Shown: one piece after another, positions 50,353 to 60,807 of the stretch | How the letters are laid out: every line of letters begins with the position of its first letter | How positions within the stretch are numbered: position 1 is the first letter of the stretch | Notes under the pieces: generated by a model | Told to the model about the DNA's origin: nothing | Database searches by the model: none | Seen by the model: the letters and a program-made list of their open reading frames with translations, nothing else | Translations under genes and position numbers: made by a program | Assembly (NCBI GenBank): GCA_030141605.1 | Contig: JAQGDQ010000458.1 | Coordinates: 1 to 64,000, forward strand | DNA: 64,000 bases | From: Tubiluchus corallicola | Lineage: Eukaryota > Animalia > Priapulida | Reading direction: 5' to 3'

Positions 50353-52769
50353 CAAACAGCAAAATCAATGTTTAAATATTAAAAGAACACGCTGTACTGC
50401 AAATATTAATCAACACAAACTCTGACACTATAACATCAGCCTTGAAAAACACAGAAATTACAATATTGACAACAAGTCACACATTGATATAATATATAGA
50501 TTAGCATGGGGGCCCCTATGCTCGTGGGGCCCCCAGGCAACTGCCCGGCATACCCTTGCGTAAAGACAGCCCTGGTGTGGACGGAGTTGGCTGCAAACGC
50601 AGCTGGATCACCAAAATTCAAACTAGCCGTGACAGTAAAACTACGCAGAAAGTGTTGACACGAATGAAAAAGTCGCACGCACGTACACACAGTTGCTGCT
50701 ATAGACTTAGGCGACACAAAAACCTGTTTATTTTGGCAGCCAGTTAATGCAATGAATGCCTCGCATCACATATTGGGAATCCAAGTGACATACTCTAGCT
50801 AGAGCTTGAGAACGCTACGTGGGACTCACTACATGTTCACGATTGTCTACATCCCAGTGTACCACCGCGCCGAGTATTGTTGTAGCGCCAAACCGTGTGC
50901 GGTATTAAATTTCATTTATAATTTTGATGGGCTGTACATGATAACACACACACGGGGAAGTTTGTTGTGTATTCATGTTTTCATCACCATTTTCTTTCTT
51001 TAGTTTAAATTATCTTTTTTGTATTCATTCATGCCATTTATTAAGTTAATTTATTAAATTTATTAAGTTAACACTGCATAAATTTTCTTATAGTGTTGAC
51101 TTGATGTGTCTTCATGTGCTGATGACTTATAAACTTTACACGTTACATCTATTATATATAACGTTCTCTATGTAAGTGTGCACATTGGCATTTTATATAA
51201 TAAATCTAATCTAATCTAAAGTTGAGCAAACGTGCACGTCCCATGTAATGTCCGTTAATAACAATGCTTTTAAAAGCGCATGCTGATTCATGTAGTACAC
51301 GACATGGGCAAACTAGATCTTACCAGAATAAAAAAAACTGACCGGAAGGGCCTTTCCTCTCAAAGTTCCTATCTTCGTAGAATGCCTGGAACGCTTGTAA
51401 GACCCGAGTTATGTGGCTTGCGTTTAAGATTCCAAAACAGACAATTATTATAACATTTACGATTTAGAACCAATTGTTGTACAAAAGTATTATGACAATC
51501 AAATTCGTTTCCGGTAGAAACCGTCTGATACACTACATTTCTCTCTTTGTCACAGCTAAAAGTCGTTGACGGAAATCTTTGTAAGGCCCTTCCCTAAAGT
51601 TTATTACCAAAACTGTGGCATGTAACCAATAAACTATTTAACGAACGTGACTTACACACTGGGTCCTTATTCTTTAATAATAACAAAATGCCGTGGAAAT
51701 CAAACAATGTTAACAAAATAATGAGCATCGTAGTCATCATACAGGTATTAGCAAATTATGCAGAGTAATAATTGAATTATCCATTATCTTTTGTAGAAAA
51801 GAATACAGTTTTATAATTTGAAACAATAGTTCATAAAACTTCACGTAATATAATTTTATTACATACAGTCTTATGAAAAGCAAATATTGTTAATGGACAA
51901 CTAGGGATATCATTATGCATTGACCACTACTTCAATATTACTTAAACATATGTACATTTTTTATAATGATAATGTATATATTTTGTGTTTATATAATATC
52001 AGCTTGTGAGATTGCACTTAGATTATGCTAACGAGTCCATGCATGCTAATTAAAGAAGGGCACCAAAAAGCACTTTAAAAATGGTATAACTATTTTATTA
52101 TATTTCAAATTATAATAGCCAGGTAGAGTAAAATTACGGTGACTGTATAGATTTTATAAAGCATCCAAATCGCTTACAAAGTTTCCTATTTTGAAGTGCC
52201 CCAATAATTAAAAATTTAAGAATAACACATCTATGTATTTTTCGTGTGTACATATTTATATTTCTCATGGTGTCTATTTCGCACAACATCTTGTTGTACA
52301 GATTTGTTTGTTTGTGATTGCAGGAGACATCATCAAGAGGCATAGTGCTTGCTTCTTTCAGTGAATATAAGAAATGTTTATGTGAAAATATAGCATTTAT
52401 CAAAACAAAGAAAGAAGGAAACAAATTTTTGGTCATCCTTCTCACATCGTGGTTTTAGCATCCATTGACCAAGTGCTCGTTGTTAATGGTTTTGCCAAAG
52501 AAACAAAATGTCACCTTCTTTAATTGTTCACGCATTCTACCAACCAGATAAATTTAGTAGATCACTCCCTGTGCTACATTACTTATAAAAATACTTGTAA
52601 ATATTAGCAGTAACTGTCCATCATGATCAGATGTTGGTGCAAAAGTGATGCAGAGACAAACGAAGATACTACAATAACAACACTCATTAAATTGGTAGCA
52701 AAACCAATAGCATTTCTGTTACCGATAAACTGATTAATTTATCTCAACGACAACAATTTTCTTCAAGAA

Positions 52770-52844
52770 TCTTCATTATGACAAATTCTCAAATGCCTTA
52801 TCAGTTTCTTGACTTTCGATTACAGCAATAGAAACAGTGGAAGG
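52770..52844 (-). pseudogene. Decayed terminal zinc finger of paralog 14
   Basis: After HTGE-TAA the minus strand reads CC TTC CAC TGT TTC TAT TGC ... CTG ATA AGG CAT TTG AGA ATT TGT CAT = (P)FHCFYC...LIRHLRICH with frameshifts. Confidence 0.75.
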
Positions 52845-53876
52845 TTATTCTCCAGTATGAGTTTTTGCATGATTCTCATAATGACTTTTAAGCTTCGTAT
52901 AATATGGACACAGATCACACTGCCAAAACTTCGGCTTAACCCATTTGGCAAAACGTAAGCTTCTGGCGGGAACACGATTACGAGATCCAGGAACTCTTGT
53001 GGCTTTACTTCTGACGGAAGTGAGAGAGGTTACATTTTCAAGTGACATTTCATTATGCTTGCGCAAGTGTGCAGTTAACGTGCTCTTTTCTTTGAAGTGT
53101 TTAGTGCACTGAGGACAATGAAAAGGCTTCTCTCCTGTATGAGTTCTAACGTGGCTGTCATAATGGCTTTTGAACCTTGTAATATATGAGCACAACTGAC
53201 ACTGCCATCGCTTGTAAGCTTTAGGCTTAATGCGATACGAAGGGCTAAATGCGGGCAACGGCTGAGAGCACTCACTTTCCAACTGAGAACACTCACTTGC
53301 TGCTTGCGACAGAAATTGCCCCGATGCATTTTGGTCATCTGGTGTTATGCCGTTATTCTGCCACATGCTCCTAACGGTGTAGTGATTGGCAGTGTTATTA
53401 AGATCTGCAGATATACGTTCGTCATTTGTATTCGTATAGGAAAGCACAAGCTGATGATTTTGTACATCATTCGATGATTTATGATCACCATTGTCAAATT
53501 CTACATTCTCAGTACAGACATCTACCCTGTCCTTTTGAGCATATTCGTTATTACCAAATGCAGAAGGCACATCACTTCTGCTAATGCTTTGAAGAGATGA
53601 TGACTCTCCAAAATTGCTTTCGATCGTTACGGCATTGGCAACCTCAATTTTTACAGAACCATCTGCATCATCGGGGCATTTACCACTGTCGTCGGGACCT
53701 TGCTGTACAACCATTGCTGACTCACACCGGTTAAGATTTTGACCTACGCTGATAAGTATCTTGCAATGCCAGAATCTTGTATGCACGAAGAATTTTTCCT
53801 CGGTTGCCAAGCACTCAGAACAGGCTGTGCATTTATAAAACATTTGCAAGTCGTGATCATCAACCATGGAGTCCAT
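52845..53876 (-). CDS. Zinc-finger array paralog 14 (3 C-terminal fingers, truncated at HTGE)
   Basis: [23 protein letters not shown]...VHTRFWHCKILI; WQCQLC/FHCPQC pair, then WQCDLC...HTGE*. Acceptor at 53895. Confidence 0.88.
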   Translation of the reverse strand: MDSMVDDHDLQMFYKCTACSECLATEEKFFVHTRFWHCKILISVGQNLNRCESAMVVQQGPDDSGKCPDDADGSVKIEVANAVTIESNFGESSSLQSISRSDVPSAFGNNEYAQKDRVDVCTENVEFDNGDHKSSNDVQNHQLVLSYTNTNDERISADLNNTANHYTVRSMWQNNGITPDDQNASGQFLSQAASECSQLESECSQPLPAFSPSYRIKPKAYKRWQCQLCSYITRFKSHYDSHVRTHTGEKPFHCPQCTKHFKEKSTLTAHLRKHNEMSLENVTSLTSVRSKATRVPGSRNRVPARSLRFAKWVKPKFWQCDLCPYYTKLKSHYENHAKTHTGE

Positions 53877-54153
53877 TTTGAGCTCTTTGGTGAGCTGAAA
53901 CAATAATTTCACCACTTTGAGTTGACAAAACCTGACAACATACGCGCAAATGTAAAGCTGTGTTCACTCATTACATCTTGTTCAAGTGTCAATGCAAAAA
54001 GTCATTAGTTAACTATGCAAAACAGTCCCAGTTAGTTATGTAACCACTTTTCATTGAAATTGCTTAAGCTTTGTTTGTGGTGTTAACTGAATTTATTAAA
54101 ATGAACGAGCTTGTTCATCTTGAATGGGGCAAAATAATACTATGTGCTCCAGA

Positions 54154-54538
54154 CAGGGCTGAATGTTGACCTTTAGGGGCCCTTAGACTAAAGAAATTAT
54201 GAGGCCCCATCTGACGGAGTCACTCTCTAACTTGCCCATACTCGTCTCGAACATTTTTACTCCCAGTATATTTTAGTGACATTTACATAGCCTGAAATAC
54301 ACTTATTGCAAATTCTTTAAATAAACTAGACTAGCTATCATTTGTCTGTCAATAAAAAAATTCTTTAAGAAATACCACCATTTTACTAATTATTACAAAC
54401 CAAATTAACACATATTTCAATAGTGTGTGTTAGTAACTAACAGTAGTGAAAAAAACTAAGTTTTTTAATCAAATGTTACCAAAGCTTGAAAGGCCGTAGC
54501 CTGCAGTCTATACTAACCTATATGATAATCCGGCCCTG
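54154..54538. mobile_element. Old hAT-like MITE
   Basis: Ends CAGGGCTG / CGGCCCTG with GGGGCCC subterminal motifs; TSD poorly conserved. Confidence 0.5.
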
Positions 54539-54615
54539 GCTGAGCAACAATAAAATGTGGCTGAAATGAAGTACAAATCAGCAAATAACAAACTTAACAC
54601 TCTTATAGTGAAATA

Positions 54616-55092
54616 AAGTCAACCTCGGATATAAGGGATACCTTGGTCGACCGGAAAAATGTCTCTTATATCCGCTCTCCCTTATAGCCAAAGTTGAGTT
54701 AGACCGAGGGTGTATCTAGACCTGTACTTTTCTGTACTTTCACCCATATTTTTATGGATTATTGCTGCACATTCAGTGCAAACGGTATGTAGGAAGCTCC
54801 TTCAGTGATGCGAGATGTATGTGAACGCGGAAACCGAGCTGTTCGAAGGCCGAGTTTGCGAAAAATTGAGGTTCAAAATCGATCAATTTCGTTTTGATCA
54901 TAGGGTACCTTATACGCGAGGTAATTTACCTGGGTTTCTATTGACCTGAAGATATCGTTCCTTATAACCAAAAGTCCCTTATATCCAAGTATCTTATATA
55001 AGAATATTTTTATAAGGAAAAACGTTACGAAAAATCGGGGCTGGTGTTGGTGGTTCCTTATAAGCGAAGTCCCTTATACCCGAGGTTGACTG
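54616..55092. mobile_element. Tc1/pogo-type MITE, copy 4 of 4
   Basis: AGTCAACCTCGGATATAAGGG ... CCGAGGTTGACTG|TA; colinear with the 45257 copy. Confidence 0.85.
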
Positions 55093-55521
55093 TATTAAAT
55101 TTTGTATTGCCATTTAATATACATGTTTATAAGTAAGTTTTTGCAAATCTTAAGACTAAAAGTATAATTGTGTATGTGAAGAATTTAATTTACATATGCT
55201 TGAAAACTGAAGTAGACAACCTAAGTACACAATTCCAAAAATATACAGTAAACTAAAAATATTTTCTTAAGGTACCAGTACTTACATGACTATGTCAGAT
55301 TAAACAATAAAGTTAGAAGAACAATGAAACTAACAACAATGGAAAGGAACAAGTACTAAATTCAATTTATTGATATCACTATAAGAGCAACTAGCAGATG
55401 GAATGTCAACAACACAACAATACATAGTAAGTGAGTATGACATCATAAAGGGGCAAGCTGTCTCACCTGACATGCACCAGTTTTCGGCTTTGAACTGGAA
55501 AATGACACAAATAACAAAATA

Positions 55522-55882
55522 AATGTTCACTACATACGTACATGTGTTCACTATAAACGTACATATGTTCACCACATATGTACATGAGTTCACTACATAC
55601 GTACATGTGTTCTCTACATATGTCCATGTGGTCGCTACATACGTCCATGTGTTCACTACATACGTCCGTGTGTTCACTACATACGTCCATGTGTTCGCTA
55701 TATTCGTACATATGTTCACTACATACATACATGTGTTCACTACATCCGTACATGGGTTCACTACATCCGTACATGTGTTCACTACATACATACGTGTGTT
55801 CGCTACATACGTCCATGTGGTCGCTACATACGTCCATGTGTTCTCTACATACGTCCGTGTGTTCACTATATACGTACATGTC
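55522..55882. repeat. 21-bp minisatellite, ~17 copies
   Basis: Unit GTTCACTACATACGT(A/C)CATGT; gives 7-aa repeat ORFs in several frames. Confidence 0.93.
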
Positions 55883-57289
55883 ACAACCACTAGTACACGG
55901 TCATGAGTTATAATAAGAAAAGCGTCATACTCTAGCCCATCTATAAAAGTAAACAGCACGAAACAAAAAAAAAACCACTTTTCAGTACTTACACAAGCTT
56001 GAATAAATTAATAAAACAACAAAATTTAAATATCATAATTAAAAAGAAAACACGTATAAAACAGTATGCCCAACAGAAAGACTAATGTAAAGTTTTAGCT
56101 TTACCAAATGGTTATTTTAACACTGAAAACGTATCAATCATTTTGATACCATGACCACTATACACTAACAACTGTACTTAATGCAATACATACAACTCCA
56201 AACATTTTGATTAAATTAACAACCAGTCTTTTCACACTGTTTATAAACTGATACGTGAAGACCACCATCTTGAGAAATGCTGAAAGAAGAAGGGGGGCTG
56301 ATAAAATGTCAGTCAACTTGCAAATGAGTACAAAACGACCCGGCATAATGATATTTATAAATGTAGATGCATTGCTGTTTTATTGGTACGGCTAATAGCT
56401 CAAAACTAACTGAAATAGTTTAATGGGAGAAAGAGATAATTTATTAATGCAGCCAAACGTCGTTATACTGCCAAACTCGCTCACAGCCTGCAAAATGACC
56501 AGGAACGAAGTGGCCGTATTCAAATGTATATAAAACTAACATGTTATATCACCACCTATTACTCGCCAGGGAAATTAATATACATGTTCAATGGGAAAAT
56601 ACTGTCAGCAGTCTCAACTAGCACCAGTGGCTTCTCAATATAATGCCAAGTGCACGAGTCTGATAGTTGGGTTGTTGATAGTTCCGTCGAGTTGCTGACG
56701 CTGACCAGTGGTCACACATTATGAAAAATAATGCAGCATGCTATCATGTTTTGATTGTTTATAAGCTGTACTGCACATTGTACAATCACAATAATATTAT
56801 TGTCAATGTCATAATGACAAGAAAACATGTGGCTAAGTTACATTTCTAAATTTGTAGTTACGACAAAACCTTTTTTACATATGCATGTTTAGTTTAGCAG
56901 CAGGCTTACAATCTATTACATAGCTGAGTAGATGATACATTTATTATGAAAATAAAAAGCCTCTAATAAAGATGATTGACCGTTAGTGAGTCAACAAATT
57001 GCAAATTAATTTAATCATTTTCTTTTAATTCATTAACTTTTAGAATTAAAAATTAAGGATCCTCTAACTTGTGGACATTTGTCTGATTGTTTTCTGATTC
57101 GTTTTATGGCAGAATTTAACACCTTGTAAAAATCCCAAACTGACTCACAGACTGATTTATTTTTTCTTCCAAAGTGGGCAGTATAAGGAGGTTTGAATGT
57201 AGATAAACTTGGCATTTTAACTACCAAACGGCAGTCACTTTCAAGAGACTTAAAAGATTTAAATCTAAAAGTTCAATTTAAATTTAAAC

Positions 57290-57762
57290 AAAATAAACTT
57301 CTATGACTTTTCCCTGACGAAATATTGATTTTCCATGACCAAGATAGGCAGAAATTGCATTACCAGTATACATATTCAAACATTTTTGTGTATGGACATT
57401 CATACATATACTGATATATAATGTGTCAACGCAGTTGCAGTAGTGGTAACGAAATTACACTAATCACATTAAATGAACTTTCTTAATCCAATCATTATTT
57501 TTGGAACAGAAATCAAAACTGGGAACCTGCAGTAGCAAAATTTTATTTGAACACGAATCGGTGAAAAATGTGTTTGGAAAAATATCGGTTCACACTGATT
57601 ATTTTTGCAACCCTTTCCAATTTCCCTGACTTTTCGCCCCATTTTCATCATTTTCCCTGAATTTTTACCAAATTATCTTCTTCCCTGACTTTTCCATGGC
57701 TTTCCAGGATAGCCTGTATTTTCAAGGATTTTCCAGGATTTTTCCTGACCATAGGAACCCTG
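57290..57762. mobile_element. MITE end with TTTTCCCTGAC repeats
   Basis: Repeated TTTCCCTGAC / TTTCCAGG motifs ending in GGAACCCTG. Confidence 0.45.
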
Positions 57763-57880
57763 CATGCTCTTCTCATAAGAACGACAGCCATTAGATAGAT
57801 GAAATATTGAGTTTATCTAATCAACAAATCATCTCTTATTCATTCAATACATTGTGCATATAAGTACCACGGATAAAATA

Positions 57881-58747
57881 TCACCAAGATGATGTCACGG
57901 AAATAACAGAAGGAGCTGCGGGAGAGTGATGAGCCCGCCGATGCTTCGACATGTTGCTCTGATCGCTAAATCGTTTGCCGCAGTGTTCACAAGAGTACGG
58001 TTTTTCGCCGGTGTGCTTACGAATGTGCCGCTGCAAGTGCTCTCTGTTTTCCGTGTGATAAAAGCACAATTTGCACTGAAACTGACGTTTATTGCTGATT
58101 TGCATGAAGGAGTTCGGATCACCAGGATTTTCAATGTCTTCAACTTTTGGAAACGTTTTCCTGCCGCACATTTTTTGAGTGTTCTTTCGCTGCTGTAACC
58201 CCTGCTTTGGTCTAACTTTGCCTCTGCTAGGTCGACAATGCATGCTGGTTTTGGAAAATGACCGAGAAACACTACTCTGCGGTAAGGCAAATGCTCCCAC
58301 GGGTGTTGACAAAGAGTTAACCTGCATTTCCGTTTTTACCACGCCTTCTATGTCACACGGACTGTTAAAGTGAAAGGAAGGCACCTTCGCTTTTGCTATA
58401 GCAACTGATCCTGCTAAAGTGTGAGTTAGATCATTCTCTGCATCTAAAACGATAGCACAAGAGTCAGCATCATTATTATAGCTAAACATCTCCATCATGT
58501 CTCTTTCCACATTAGCACTATAGCCATTGTCTACATCATCTAATTCTTCCTCAATAAAAACGTTTGGTTCAGCTTTGAGCGCTACAGTGGCTGCACTGGC
58601 TTCATATGCGGAGGTCGGAGGATTCTGTCCGATGCAAACTAGTATCTTGCAATGCCACGTTCTCGTATGTGCAAAGAAGATCTCCTCGCTCATAAAACAT
58701 TCCGAACACGCTGTGCATTTGTAATAAATCTGCGCTTCTTCCTCCAT
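57881..58747 (-). CDS. Zinc-finger array paralog 15 (most 5' member seen)
   Basis: 288-aa ORF; FQCKLCFYHTENREHLQRHIRKHTGEKPYSCEHCGKRFSDQSNMSKH. TTTCAG acceptors at 58749 and 58771. Confidence 0.93.
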   Translation of the reverse strand: MEEEAQIYYKCTACSECFMSEEIFFAHTRTWHCKILVCIGQNPPTSAYEASAATVALKAEPNVFIEEELDDVDNGYSANVERDMMEMFSYNNDADSCAIVLDAENDLTHTLAGSVAIAKAKVPSFHFNSPCDIEGVVKTEMQVNSLSTPVGAFALPQSSVSRSFSKTSMHCRPSRGKVRPKQGLQQRKNTQKMCGRKTFPKVEDIENPGDPNSFMQISNKRQFQCKLCFYHTENREHLQRHIRKHTGEKPYSCEHCGKRFSDQSNMSKHRRAHHSPAAPSVISVTSSW

Positions 58748-58887
58748 ACTGAAACATAGGGAGATTTTAGCTGAAATTAAGATGCAAAATACTCTTAGTG
58801 AGCACTGCTCTGAGAAAACATTAACTGGAGCATAAACTAAATTAAAATTATAACATTGAATGTTTGTGTATTTGGAAAAACAGGCAA

Positions 58888-58889
58888 AT

Positions 58890-58924
<35 letters not shown>

Positions 58925-59420
58925 TTATTTCACTCCAGCAATACATATACAATACATCAACATACAATATTATTGAAACAAAAAGAAACAGTATAGGTAA
59001 AAAAATGTTGATGAAGTCAAATTAACCAAATAAAAGAATTGCTGTATGACACATTGAAAGCTTGGCTTGTTAAGGTGGCAGAAATGTGAATGAAAGAATG
59101 GTTAGGGTTAGTAGACATGATGGAATGGAAAAAAAATAGTAAGATTAGGGATAGGAAGAAGGAAGAGGAGAAGAAACGACCACAGTGTATCTTTAATTTA
59201 CATAGAGCTGTATTAAAATAGCATTATAATTGAGTGGAGGCCATATATTGTGACTGCATGAGACATGGAACCATTAAAATTGTATTATAAGTATGAATCA
59301 AAAATGGTCCTTTTCAAGTACTTTTTGAAACTATAAATAGTTTTGTGTATTTTTACTCGGGCACTTATTTTATTCCAGTTATTGGGGGCTGTGAATTTAA
59401 TAAAGTATAAAATAAGTGAC
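58888..59420 (-). mobile_element. L2/CR1-clade LINE 3' remnant
   Basis: Minus strand encodes FIKFTAPNNWNKI...IYSFKKYLK (ORF2 C-terminus-like), then AATAAA and an (ATTG)n tail. Confidence 0.65.
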
Positions 59421-60003
59421 CTTTACATGATATTCATAAAATACAAGTGAATAACCAACTGCACAGATGATGACAGTAACTTCAGAAACAAATGTGGCAG
59501 CACTGTACATTTCTCATCACTATATTAAGCATAACGTGGTGTTGTAGCTGTGTTTAGTAAGGCACATTAGTAGAATTGCATCTAGAGTAACGAAGTAACA
59601 ATGTATTAAAAAAAAGAAATTCCACGTAGTTAATAATTTTATTTAACAGCAGCACTAAAAGTATTTGTCAGTAAAAATAACTGTAAAAAACCGCTGACTG
59701 CAAGTCCACAATGTGTCTATTGCAAATGCTGGCAGTTTAGTTAGAAGATGCACAGAAAAACTTTTCTTGCAAAACATTTGTTTACGCAAAAGGTGCAAAT
59801 TTTGTTCAATGTTCCTACAACTCCTTATTTTGGGTCCATACATTACATGTTACTTAAATAATAAAAGAGCATATAAGACCAAAAAGACTCAGTTAGTCAT
59901 AAGTGTAAATTAACGATATCAGACAGCCACATAAGTTAAAGAAAAAGTACAGTCGCACTGCTACAAGACATAACTTCTTCAGCTTGAAGGTCATGGACAG
60001 ATG

Positions 60004-60426
60004 CAGGGGTGTATTAACCAATAGGCTAACTGCGCTATGGCCTAGAGTGTGAAAGTTTTAATGGCGTCACATTTTAGAAAAAATTCTTATTCTCCTCAGA
60101 AAATGTGTATACTTTCAAATTCATGTAAAGGCCGTATTTTATAACACACCACAGGCAGTTACAGTGGAGAGCTTTTATATAAGTACCACATAATGAACAG
60201 GTGCAAGGTATTACATCTTAAGCAGTTATGCAGCCTGCTTAAATATAAGTGCTATGCAAATATATGTAATTAACAATGACCAGTGTTAACCTCATTAACA
60301 GTGTTTCTAGTTCATCACAAGTAATTGTTTAATCTGCTCATGACATAAACAACCATAAATTCACAATAGAGATGGGCGGTACAGAACTATCAGCTTAGGG
60401 CGTCGTAAAGTCTCGATAAGCCCCTG
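60004..60426. mobile_element. Old hAT MITE
   Basis: Ends CAGGGG / CCCCTG; TSD GACAGATG/GATAGATG (7/8). Confidence 0.6.
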
Positions 60427-60807
60427 GATAGATGGAACAGTTTCCCAGAGAATGCGGTTTTTTGCAAGCTTTGTAGCTTCTTTCAAAAACATTGTTGGTG
60501 ATACACATGGCAGAACTATCAGATACAGCATCAAGATTGTGACACTAAATAGATTTTAATATGTCAGATAGTTATGATCTGTCAATAGGCAAAGATGCCT
60601 AACACAGTACCAAATGTCTATGATGTGATAAGGCCATATAAGCAACATAATAACAGTGTAATATATCCTGGTATGTAAAGTACATGTAAAATTATGAATT
60701 TAGTGGAAACCTAGAAAATCTTAAATCAGATAAGTGAATATTCAAGAGCTCAAGATGTCTAACAGCTTACCCAGTGTAACTATTATCAATTTGTTGTCAA
60801 CTATACA

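Noticed and set aside
55330-55959. 209-aa repeat protein ORF and overlapping ORFs
   Set aside because: A 21-bp minisatellite open in four frames on both strands.
3800-58724. Plus-strand and alternative-frame ORFs overlapping the zinc-finger CDSs
   Set aside because: Short shadow ORFs of the real CDSs; any similarity among them follows from conservation of the minus-strand genes.
4601-58776. lola/mod(mdg4)-type fusion of the cassettes to a shared upstream CODING exon (e.g. BTB)
   Set aside because: Acceptors fall in all three phases relative to the ORFs, some leaders contain in-frame stops, and each ORF has its own strong-context ATG. No BTB-like exon is visible in the window.
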